Shown here: positions 56,564 through 64,000 of the stretch, piece by piece | Numbering within the stretch: the first letter of the stretch is position 1 | Layout: each line of letters opens with the position of its first letter | Source of the DNA: a bacterium | GTDB lineage: Bacteria; Patescibacteriota; Minisyncoccia; UBA6257; Colwellbacteraceae | Direction: 5' to 3' | Assembly: GCA_029548485.1 (NCBI GenBank) | Contig: JAKPNH010000002.1 | Location: forward strand, 7,747-71,746 | DNA length: 64,000 bases | Position numbers and translations under genes: made by a program | The notes under the pieces: model-generated | Seen by the model: the letters and a program-made list of their open reading frames with translations, nothing else | Database searches by the model: none | Told to the model about the DNA's origin: nothing

Positions 56564-56863
56564 ATGGCGATCAACGAAGAGACAATCGAACATCTGGCCG
56601 AACTCTGCCGAATAAAAATAAGCGACAAGCAGAAAGAGAAGCTTTCCTCCGATCTCGAGGGAATACTCGGCCATTTCAAGGAGCTGACCGAGCTCGACAC
56701 CGCTGATGTTTCGCCCGTAACCGGCGGCACGGATTTGATGAACGTCTTGATGGACGACGAAGAAAACGACGAATTGCTTTCCAAAGGTAAGGAGGCTTTC
56801 CCCGAGGAAGAAAAGGGATTCTTGAAAGTCCCGGCCGTGTTCGATAAAAGCGACCATGAATGA
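56564..56863 (+). CDS. gatC: Glu/Asp-tRNA amidotransferase subunit C
   Basis: 99 aa, 'LAELCRIKISDKQKEKL...' GatC pattern. Overlaps the gatA start. Confidence 0.8.
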   Translation: MAINEETIEHLAELCRIKISDKQKEKLSSDLEGILGHFKELTELDTADVSPVTGGTDLMNVLMDDEENDELLSKGKEAFPEEEKGFLKVPAVFDKSDHE

Positions 56864-58286
56864 TAGGGAGAATTTAAGCGTTTCCGAAATCAGGGACGGA
56901 TTGCGGTCCGGAAAGTTTTCGGCCGCGGAAATCACCGAGGATTATTTCGGAAGAATCGAAAAAAGAGACAAAGACATCCACGCCTTTTTGAATCTCAACA
57001 AAAAGTCCGGCCTCGAGGCGGCCGCCTGGGTTGACAGCCGTTTGGCCTCGGGAGAAAATCTGCCGGACTTGGCCGGCGTGCCGATCGCCTTGAAAGACGT
57101 CATCATGTCCGAAGGTTTGCCTTGCACCGCTTCTTCGAAGATTTTGGAGGATTACGTCGCTTCTTACGACGCGACCGTTGTCAAAAAACTGAAAGAACAG
57201 GGGGCGATAATCCTCGGGAAGACCAATACCGACGAATTCGCCATGGGATCGTCCACCGAGACTTCGGCCTACGGCCCGACCAAGAACCCCCATGATTTGG
57301 AACGGGTTCCCGGAGGTTCTTCGGGAGGTTCGGCCGCGGCGGTCGCGGCCAATATGGCCGTTGTCTCCTTGGGATCGGACACCGGAGGCTCGATCAGGCA
57401 GCCGGCCGGATTCTGCGGCACGGTCGGATTCAAGCCGACCTACGGCGCGGTTTCGCGCTTCGGGCTTTTGGCCCTGTGTTCGAGCCTGGACCAGATCGGG
57501 CCGTTCGCCAATTCCGTGGCCGACGCCGAAATAGTCTTCGAAGCGATCAAGGGCGAAGATCGCTACGATGCCACTTCTTTCAATTTGCCAGACAGGAAAA
57601 TTTGGGAAAAAGAGGATTTAAAGGATATCGTCATCGGGCTTCCCAAAGAATATCTGGAAGGAGGATTGTCGAAAGAAGTCGAAGCGACCATGAAAAACGT
57701 CATCCGCGAATTCACGGAAATGGGAGCGGTTTTCAAGGACATCGGCTTGCCCCACACCAAATACGCCCTGCCTTGCTATTACATCATCATGCCGGCCGAG
57801 GCTTCGACCAATCTGGCCCGTTACGACGGCATCCGCTACGGCCGGTCGAAAGACGCGAAAAGCCTTCTCGAGATTTACGAGAAAACCAAGGGCGAAGGGT
57901 TCGGCGAGGAAGTCAAGCGTCGGATTCTGCTCGGAACATTCGTGCTTTCTTCCGGCTATTACGACGCCTATTACGCCAAAGCCCAAAGGGTGAGGAGATT
58001 GATCCGGGAAGACTTCGAAAAAGTTTTTGAAAAAGAAAGAGTGGACGCGATTCTCGCTCCGGTTTCGCCGTCTCCGGCTTTCAAGATCGGAGAGAAGACG
58101 CAAAGCCCGATGGAAATGTATCTTTCCGACATTTTCACCATTCCGGCGAATTTGGCCGGCATTCCGGGACTGGCCATTCCGGCCAAAAACAAAGAAGGCG
58201 ATCTACCGATCGGGTTCCAATTGATGGGCAAATGGGGAGACGACAAGAATCTTTTCGCCCTGGGAAAACTTTACGAGGAGGCGTAG
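56856..58286 (+). CDS. gatA: Glu/Asp-tRNA amidotransferase subunit A
   Basis: Amidase signature 'GGSSGGSAAAVAA'. Confidence 0.9.
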   Translation: MNDRENLSVSEIRDGLRSGKFSAAEITEDYFGRIEKRDKDIHAFLNLNKKSGLEAAAWVDSRLASGENLPDLAGVPIALKDVIMSEGLPCTASSKILEDYVASYDATVVKKLKEQGAIILGKTNTDEFAMGSSTETSAYGPTKNPHDLERVPGGSSGGSAAAVAANMAVVSLGSDTGGSIRQPAGFCGTVGFKPTYGAVSRFGLLALCSSLDQIGPFANSVADAEIVFEAIKGEDRYDATSFNLPDRKIWEKEDLKDIVIGLPKEYLEGGLSKEVEATMKNVIREFTEMGAVFKDIGLPHTKYALPCYYIIMPAEASTNLARYDGIRYGRSKDAKSLLEIYEKTKGEGFGEEVKRRILLGTFVLSSGYYDAYYAKAQRVRRLIREDFEKVFEKERVDAILAPVSPSPAFKIGEKTQSPMEMYLSDIFTIPANLAGIPGLAIPAKNKEGDLPIGFQLMGKWGDDKNLFALGKLYEEA

Positions 58287-58302
58287 GTTTATTGATTAAA
58301 AA

Positions 58303-58327
58303 AGCCGCCCTGTTATCGGGCGGCTTT
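58303..58327. terminator. Hairpin terminator shared by gatA (+) and the minus-strand tRNA
   Basis: AAGCCGCCC-tgttatc-GGGCGGCTT. T-run on the minus side. Confidence 0.6.
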
Positions 58328-58340
58328 CATATAAAGTTGC

Positions 58341-58412
58341 GGGGGCGGGAATTGAACCCGCTATCTAGAGCTTATGAGGCTCCCGACTTACCGTCCGTCT
58401 CCCCCGCGATAA
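58341..58412 (-). tRNA. tRNA-Met(CAU) (initiator-like C1.A72, or Ile2)
   Basis: Reverse complement is CGCGGGG...anticodon loop CTCATAA...T-arm GCGGG-TTCAATT-CCCGC...CCCCGCA-A. No CCA encoded. Overlaps the spurious N-terminal extension of the murD track ORF. Confidence 0.65.
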
Positions 58413-58450
58413 CGCTTAATAAAACTTGCCATATATATTACTATGAAATC

Positions 58451-59713
58451 ATGAAATTGGCAATTTTGGGATTCGGCCGCGAGGGAAAAGCCTTGAAGGC
58501 TTATCTTCGGAAAAAATATCCCAAAGAGAAAATAGCGATTCTCGACAGGAAAACCGATCCGGATTATCTCCGTCGCCTCGGCGATTTCGATATCGTTTTC
58601 CGTTCTCCCGGAGTTCCTTACAACTTCCCTGAAATCCAAAAAGCCTTGAAAAAAGGAACCGAGTTTTCTAGCGCCACCAAAGTCTTTTTCGAGGAAGTAA
58701 GAAAGAATAAAAAAGGATCGATAATCGGCATCACCGGCACCAAAGGCAAAGGCACGACTTCGAGTTTGCTTTACGATATCCTCAAAGCCGCCAAAAAAGA
58801 CGCTTATCTCGCCGGAAACATCGGCACTCCGGCCTTGTCCATTCTTCCGAAGTTGAAAAAAAACTCCATTTCCGTGATCGAACTTTCAAGCTTCCAGCTT
58901 CAGGGGCTCGGGCTTTCGCCCGATATCTCCGTAGTGCTCAATGTTTTTCCGGACCATTTGGACGCTCATCGGTCGGTCAAAGAGTATTTGGAAGCCAAAT
59001 CGGAAATCGCCAAAAACCAGAATAAATCCGACGTTATTTTTTACAACAAAGACAACAGGAATTCTTTTTTGATCGCCCAAAAAAGCAAAGGAAAAAAGAT
59101 TCCAATTTCGGAAAAGGAATTCAAGCTGTTTTCTCCGGCCGACCTCAAAATCGTCGGTCCGCACAATTTTAAAAACGCGGTCATGGCCGCGGAAATCGGC
59201 CTTTATCTAGGGATTAAGCCCGAGATCGTCAAAGCGACGGTCAAAAGATACAAAGGCCTGCCTTACCGCCTGGAATTGGTGAAAAAAATAAAAGCGGACG
59301 GAAAATCGATAGAAATCTACAACGATTCCGCCTCCACCAACCCGGATACGACCGCGGCGGCGGTCAAATCGTTCAAAGAACCGATTTTTCTGATTGCCGG
59401 AGGCAAAGACAAGAATTTGGACTACGCGCCGCTTGGCGCGACTCTCAAAAAGTCCTCGGTCCGGGAAGCAATTCTTTTTGGAGAAAATAAGGCGAAAATA
59501 GAAAAAGCCGTTGGCGGAATCGAAATCGTTTTGGCCGGCAATCTGGAAGAAGCCCTAGCCGCGGCAGCAAAGGACGCCAAAAACTACCTGCGGTTTTATC
59601 CGGACGAAAAAGCGATCGTCGTCTTTTCCCCGGGAGCGACCAGCTTCGATATGTTTAAAGATTACGCTGACCGGGGGAAAAAGTTCAGCAAACTCGCGAA
59701 AAGCTTGGATTGA
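58451..59713 (+). CDS. murD: UDP-N-acetylmuramoylalanine--D-glutamate ligase
   Basis: Start MKLAILGFGREG. Mur ligase 'GITGTKGKGTTSSL'. Confidence 0.8.
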   Translation: MKLAILGFGREGKALKAYLRKKYPKEKIAILDRKTDPDYLRRLGDFDIVFRSPGVPYNFPEIQKALKKGTEFSSATKVFFEEVRKNKKGSIIGITGTKGKGTTSSLLYDILKAAKKDAYLAGNIGTPALSILPKLKKNSISVIELSSFQLQGLGLSPDISVVLNVFPDHLDAHRSVKEYLEAKSEIAKNQNKSDVIFYNKDNRNSFLIAQKSKGKKIPISEKEFKLFSPADLKIVGPHNFKNAVMAAEIGLYLGIKPEIVKATVKRYKGLPYRLELVKKIKADGKSIEIYNDSASTNPDTTAAAVKSFKEPIFLIAGGKDKNLDYAPLGATLKKSSVREAILFGENKAKIEKAVGGIEIVLAGNLEEALAAAAKDAKNYLRFYPDEKAIVVFSPGATSFDMFKDYADRGKKFSKLAKSLD

Positions 59714-59756
59714 TTTATTTGAAAATCGGCTTTAAAATACGTCAGTAATCGGATCT

Positions 59757-59831
59757 GCAGCGGTAGCTTAGTTGGCTTAAAGCGCTGCCCTGTCACGGCA
59801 GAGATCGCGGGTTCGAATCCCGTCCGCTGCG
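59757..59831 (+). tRNA. tRNA-Asp(GUC)
   Basis: GCAGCGG-TA-GCTT...anticodon loop CTGTCAC...GCGGG-TTCGAAT-CCCGT-CCGCTGC-G. Close to bacterial tRNA-Asp. Confidence 0.85.
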
Positions 59832-59911
59832 CATTTATCAAAAGGCATTTTTTCTTGCCTTCTAATTTCGGTTATATTAGCCTAATATAATAAAGTAGGC
59901 AGACATTCGCT

Positions 59912-59984
59912 GCCGGCGTAGCTCAGTGGTTAGAGCGAAGCACTCATAACGCTTAGGTCGGTGGTCCGATTCCACCCGCCGGCA
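59912..59984 (+). tRNA. tRNA(CAU) Met or Ile2
   Basis: GCCGGCG-TA-GCTC-AGTGGTTA-GAGC...loop CTCATAA...GGTGG-TCCGATT-CCACC-CGCCGGC-A. A31.C39 mismatch in the anticodon stem. Confidence 0.7.
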
Positions 59985-59989
59985 CCTAT

Positions 59990-60991
59990 ATGAACAAAGA
60001 CATAGACACAATCAAATCCGAAGCCGCAGAAGCAATCGATCGCGCACAAACCTCCGCAGAAGTCGAGGCGATCAGGGTGCGCTATCTGGGCAGGAAAGAG
60101 GGTTTGTTGAACAATGTGTTGAAATCGTTGAAAGATCTTCCGCTCGAGGAAAAGCGGAGTATCGGCCCTATGGCTCAGCAGGCGAGGAAAGAAATCGAGA
60201 AAGCGATCGATTTCAAGCTCAAATCTTTGGCCGAATTCGAGATTCCGGAAGAAGATATCACTTTGCCCGGCAAGCGCTCCGAAACCGGGCATCTCCATCC
60301 TTTGACGAAAACGGAAAACGAGATTTTAAAGATCTTCGCTTCACTCAATTTTTCCGTGATCGACGGGCCGGAACTAGAAACCGAATATTATAATTTCGAC
60401 GTCTTGAACATTCCGGCCGACCATCCGGCGCGGGAAATGTGGGACACTTTTTGGATCAAACAGGACAAGAAGCCCAAAAGCTCCAAAGATCATTATCTGC
60501 TCCGCACCCACACTTCGCCGATGCAGGTGCGGTACATGGAGACGCACGAGCCGCCGTTCCAGATCGTCGTCCCCGGACGGACTTTCCGCTACGAGGCGCT
60601 CGACGCTTCGCACGAAGCCAATTTCTCGCAAGTCGAAGGATTGATGGTCGGCAAAGATGTTTCTTTCGCCAATTTCAAATTTGTCATCGAGCAGTTTCTG
60701 AAGAGCTTCTTCAGAGGTAAAAAAATAGAATTCCGGTTCCGTTCCAGCTATTTTCCGTTTGTCGAACCCGGAGTCGAAGTGGACATCAAGTTCAAAAACT
60801 CCAGGTGGCTCGAGGTGATGGGCGCCGGCATGGTGCATCCGCGGGTTTTCGAGTTCGCCGGATACAATCCCCGCGACTGGCAGGGATTCGCCTTCGGCGT
60901 GGGCATCGAAAGGCTCGCGATGATCAAATACAACATTCCGGATATCCGCATGTTCTACAACGGAGACTTGAGATTCATTAAACAATTCTAG
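59990..60991 (+). CDS. pheS: Phenylalanyl-tRNA synthetase alpha subunit
   Basis: Class II motifs 'FRYEALDASHEANFSQVEG' and 'GAGMVHP'. Confidence 0.9.
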   Translation: MNKDIDTIKSEAAEAIDRAQTSAEVEAIRVRYLGRKEGLLNNVLKSLKDLPLEEKRSIGPMAQQARKEIEKAIDFKLKSLAEFEIPEEDITLPGKRSETGHLHPLTKTENEILKIFASLNFSVIDGPELETEYYNFDVLNIPADHPAREMWDTFWIKQDKKPKSSKDHYLLRTHTSPMQVRYMETHEPPFQIVVPGRTFRYEALDASHEANFSQVEGLMVGKDVSFANFKFVIEQFLKSFFRGKKIEFRFRSSYFPFVEPGVEVDIKFKNSRWLEVMGAGMVHPRVFEFAGYNPRDWQGFAFGVGIERLAMIKYNIPDIRMFYNGDLRFIKQF

Positions 60992-60994
60992 TCT

Positions 60995-62893
60995 ATGAAA
61001 TTTTCCTATTCTTTGCTCAAAAAAATGGTCCCGGGGATTCCGGAGAAAAAGAGGCTGGCCGATGTTTTGAGCGTCAAATCCTTCGAGGTGGAAGAGGTCA
61101 AAGCCGACGCCATGGAGATCAAGATCATGCCGAACCGCTGGTCGGACGCCGCTTCCCACTGGGGAATGGCGAGAGAAGCCGCGGCCGCGACCGGACAAAA
61201 GCTTTCTTTTGGCCCCAAAATTATCATCAACCAGCCGCAGAACAAAGGATTTTTGGAAAAGATCAGAGTCGAAGATCCGAGGCTTTGCCCGAGATACATG
61301 GCTTATTATCTGGAGATTCCGAAAATCGGTGAGTCTCCGGTCTGGATGCGGAAAATGCTTCAAACTTGCGGTTTGCGGCCGGTGAACGCCGTTGTCGACA
61401 TTTTGAATTACGTCATGCTTGAAACCGGTCAGCCCTTACACGCTTTCGATGCTTCGAAAATCAAGGGCGGAATCCGGGTCCGCCTGGCCAAAGCGAACGA
61501 AACGATGGAGACGATCGACAACCAGAGAATCAAGCTCGACAAATCGGTTTTGATCATCGCCGACCGCGAAAAGCCTCTGGCCATCGCCGGCATCAAAGGA
61601 GGGGAAAGCTCGAAAGTGGGTTCCGGAACCAAGGCGATCATCGTCGAGTCCGCCAATTTCGACCCGGTTTCGATTTACAAGGCTTCCAAAACGATCAAAC
61701 TCGCGACCGATGCCTCCCAGAGATTCGGCCACGGCCTGTCTCCGGAACTTTGCAAGATCGGCGTTGACCGGGCGGCCGTGCTGCTCAAAGAAATCTGCAA
61801 AGCGACGTTCCTCGATTCCAAAGACGTTTATCCGAAACGCCAGCCGAAGAAGATCTTGAAACTCGATCAGGAAAAGCTTCGAAGCGTTCTCGGAATAAAT
61901 ATCGATTCCAAGACCGTTTCGTCTATTTTGAAATCTTTGGGATTCCGCCTTATTCATAAAAACATGGTCGAGGTCCCGGCCTTGAGGCTCGACATCAACA
62001 TTGTCGAGGATCTGATCGAGGAAGTCGGCCGGATGTACGATTTGAACAAGATTCCCGGGAAAAATCCGGCCGTTCTCCTCGCGCCGCCGGAAATAGACGA
62101 TTATTTCTCGGCCGCGGAAAAAGCCAAAAACAGCCTGGTGGAAATGGGATTTTCCGAAGTCCGCAATTCCAGTTTTGTTCCGGGCGATGCGGCCGGAGAC
62201 GTCGAAATAGAAAATCCTTTATCCGACGACAAGCGGTTCCTTAGGAGTAACCTCATCTACCATCTTCGCGGGAACATCAAAACCAATCATCGGTTTTTGG
62301 AAAACGTGAGAATATTCGAAATCGGAAAAGTTTTTCTCAAAGGATTCAAGGAAGAATACCGTCTGGCCATGGCCGTCGGCCTCAAATCCGGCGGCCATGT
62401 TTTCCGCGAACTCCGCGGTCCGGCCGAGAATTTGCTGCGGAGCCTCGGACTTACGGATTACGCCTTTGTTCCGGAAGGCGACAAATTGCGGCTGGAATCC
62501 GATCACGAAGTTTTGGGATATCTCTTTCCCGAGCCGAAGAGCAAAGCCGCTTTTCTCGAAATCGATTTCGACAAAGCGCGGCGGCTGATGGAGGGGGAAA
62601 GGGAGTATCTCGAGATTTCTCCGTATCCTTCGATCATCCGCGACATTTCTTTCACCGTTCCCGTTTCCGCGAGAATGAATCTTATCCTCGAGGCGATCGC
62701 CGATTTGAGAATCGAGAATCTCGAAGACGTCGATTTGATCGACTACCTGGCGCTTGATTCCGGCCGGATCAGCCTCACTTTGCGTCTGGTTTTCCAATCC
62801 ATGAAAAAGACGCTTTCGGATGAGGAAGCCAACCGTTCGACAGCCAAGATCGCCGGTATTTTGGCCTCTGATTTCGAGGCCGAAATCCGCTAA
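60995..62893 (+). CDS. pheT: Phenylalanyl-tRNA synthetase beta subunit (short form)
   Basis: 632 aa, B3/B4 and B5 domains. Follows pheS. Confidence 0.85.
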   Translation: MKFSYSLLKKMVPGIPEKKRLADVLSVKSFEVEEVKADAMEIKIMPNRWSDAASHWGMAREAAAATGQKLSFGPKIIINQPQNKGFLEKIRVEDPRLCPRYMAYYLEIPKIGESPVWMRKMLQTCGLRPVNAVVDILNYVMLETGQPLHAFDASKIKGGIRVRLAKANETMETIDNQRIKLDKSVLIIADREKPLAIAGIKGGESSKVGSGTKAIIVESANFDPVSIYKASKTIKLATDASQRFGHGLSPELCKIGVDRAAVLLKEICKATFLDSKDVYPKRQPKKILKLDQEKLRSVLGINIDSKTVSSILKSLGFRLIHKNMVEVPALRLDINIVEDLIEEVGRMYDLNKIPGKNPAVLLAPPEIDDYFSAAEKAKNSLVEMGFSEVRNSSFVPGDAAGDVEIENPLSDDKRFLRSNLIYHLRGNIKTNHRFLENVRIFEIGKVFLKGFKEEYRLAMAVGLKSGGHVFRELRGPAENLLRSLGLTDYAFVPEGDKLRLESDHEVLGYLFPEPKSKAAFLEIDFDKARRLMEGEREYLEISPYPSIIRDISFTVPVSARMNLILEAIADLRIENLEDVDLIDYLALDSGRISLTLRLVFQSMKKTLSDEEANRSTAKIAGILASDFEAEIR

Positions 62894-62975
62894 AACCAAA
62901 GGCCCGGCGGGTTGTCTTTGAGCCGGATTTTTGTTAGAATAAATAAGACTTTTTGAAGTTTTAAACATCTGGAAA

Positions 62976-64000
62976 ATGGCCAAAAAAAGCGAGGAAAAAT
63001 CCGTTAAAAAAGAGCAGTCGTACAGCGCCAAAGACATCGAAGTCCTGGAGGGTTTGGAGCCGGTCAGAAAAAGGCCGGGAATGTACATCGGTTCGACCGG
63101 CGTCGACGGCTTGCACCATTTGATTTGGGAGATCGTCGACAACTCGGTCGACGAAGCCATGGGTGGATACGCCAATAATATCCGCGTGGAATTGAACAAA
63201 GACGGCAGCGTGGCGGTAGAAGACGACGGACGCGGCATTCCGGTCGATGTCCACGCCGTGACCAAAAAGTCCGCGCTCGAGACCGTGATGACCACGCTCC
63301 ACGCCGGCGGCAAGTTCGGCGGAGCCGGATACAAAGTTTCCGGAGGGCTTCACGGAGTCGGCGCTTCGGTGGTGAACGCTTTGTCCGAACGGATGAGAGT
63401 CGAAGTCCGGCAGAACGGAAACCTTTACAGTCAGGAATACGAACGGGGCAAGCCTAAATCAGCCGTCAAAAAAGTGGGCAAATCCGAAGGCCACGGTACC
63501 ACTTCCATTTTTTATCCGGACAAGACGGTCTTTTCCGAAACGGTTTTCGATCGGAAAAGAATCCTGGACCATCTGCGAGAGCAGGCTTATCTCACCAAAG
63601 GATTGAGGATCATTTTTATCGACCGCCGGGAAGAGACTCCGTTTTATTACACCTTCCGGTTCGCCGGCGGTTTGAGATCGTTCATCGATTATCTGAACGA
63701 AGACGGCGATCCGATCATCCAGCAGGAAGTTTTTTACGTCAACAAGGAATATAACGGCATAGATATCGAAGCGGCTTTGGCTTACACCGAAGGCTTCGAA
63801 GTCGAAGAATACAGCTTCGCCAACAACATCCATACTTCGGACGGCGGCATGCATCTGACCGGGCTCCGGACGGCCATCACGAGGACTTTGAACGATTTCA
63901 GCCGTTCGTCCGGATATCTGAAAGAAACGGACGACAATCTGACCGGAGAAGACGTGCGCGAGGGATTGATCGCCGTCGTGTCGGTCAAGCTCAAAAACCC
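62976..64000 (+). CDS. gyrB: DNA gyrase subunit B (3' truncated by window end)
   Basis: ATG at 62976 gives MAKKSEEKSVKKEQSYSAKDIEVLEGLEPVRKRPGMYIGSTG...HHLIWEIVDNSVDEAMGGY. Not in the ORF track because no stop occurs before the window end. Confidence 0.9.
   Translation, partial: MAKKSEEKSVKKEQSYSAKDIEVLEGLEPVRKRPGMYIGSTGVDGLHHLIWEIVDNSVDEAMGGYANNIRVELNKDGSVAVEDDGRGIPVDVHAVTKKSALETVMTTLHAGGKFGGAGYKVSGGLHGVGASVVNALSERMRVEVRQNGNLYSQEYERGKPKSAVKKVGKSEGHGTTSIFYPDKTVFSETVFDRKRILDHLREQAYLTKGLRIIFIDRREETPFYYTFRFAGGLRSFIDYLNEDGDPIIQQEVFYVNKEYNGIDIEAALAYTEGFEVEEYSFANNIHTSDGGMHLTGLRTAITRTLNDFSRSSGYLKETDDNLTGEDVREGLIAVVSVKLKN

Noticed and set aside
58232-58450. 5' extension of the murD ORF
   Set aside because: Overlaps a minus-strand tRNA and its terminator. 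A good ATG with a Mur-ligase N-terminus is at 58451.
1-64000. CRISPR arrays, IS/transposase genes, integrases, rRNA
   Set aside because: No direct-repeat/spacer periodicity, no transposase or tyrosine/serine recombinase ORF, and no rRNA-like sequence noticed in the window.

Overview
About 70 genes on 64 kb, mostly on the + strand. Third-codon positions are GC-rich, so many long antisense ORFs in the track are artefacts. The gene content is a reduced core typical of a small-genome uncultivated anaerobe, possibly Patescibacteria/CPR-like; that assignment is inference only. In order:

- a type IV pilus operon (pilB, pilC, two prepilins, a secreted Trp/Gly-repeat protein, a PilX-like protein, a PilM-N-O fusion);
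- pth, lepB, hisS, HIT, rpsU, yqeY, ybeY, ftsA-ftsZ, nrdD-nrdG;
- a tRNA-Asn(GUU) split by a ~336-nt group I intron in its anticodon loop;
- an AT-rich island (17.1-20.1 kb) carrying a diversity-generating-retroelement (DGR) reverse transcriptase, a divergent Avd-like four-helix-bundle gene, a small Asn-rich secreted protein ending in a GC hairpin, TspO and a Cache-domain protein;
- an ArsR/SufR-like regulator with a palindromic operator, then sufCBDSU, DUF1858 and a probably leaderless hemerythrin;
- a lactate permease interrupted by an in-frame TAG, and a radical-SAM/SPASM enzyme with a poly-Lys tail;
- FCY1-type cytosine deaminase, queH / tgt / tdk / queA (queuosine and nucleoside salvage), trpS, and a 38-aa Cys-rich micro-ORF with its own promoter and terminator;
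- rsmE, a free-standing HNH endonuclease, and a SAM-I riboswitch in front of metK;
- a cupredoxin plus PQQ-type sugar dehydrogenase pair;
- an unrecognised 313-aa protein with a strong SD, tsaC, truB, gpsA, an AT-rich secreted protein, murA, ligA, an ABC exporter, gatCA, murD, tRNA-Met(-), tRNA-Asp, a second tRNA(CAU), pheST, and partial gyrB.

No CRISPR array, IS element or rRNA was seen.
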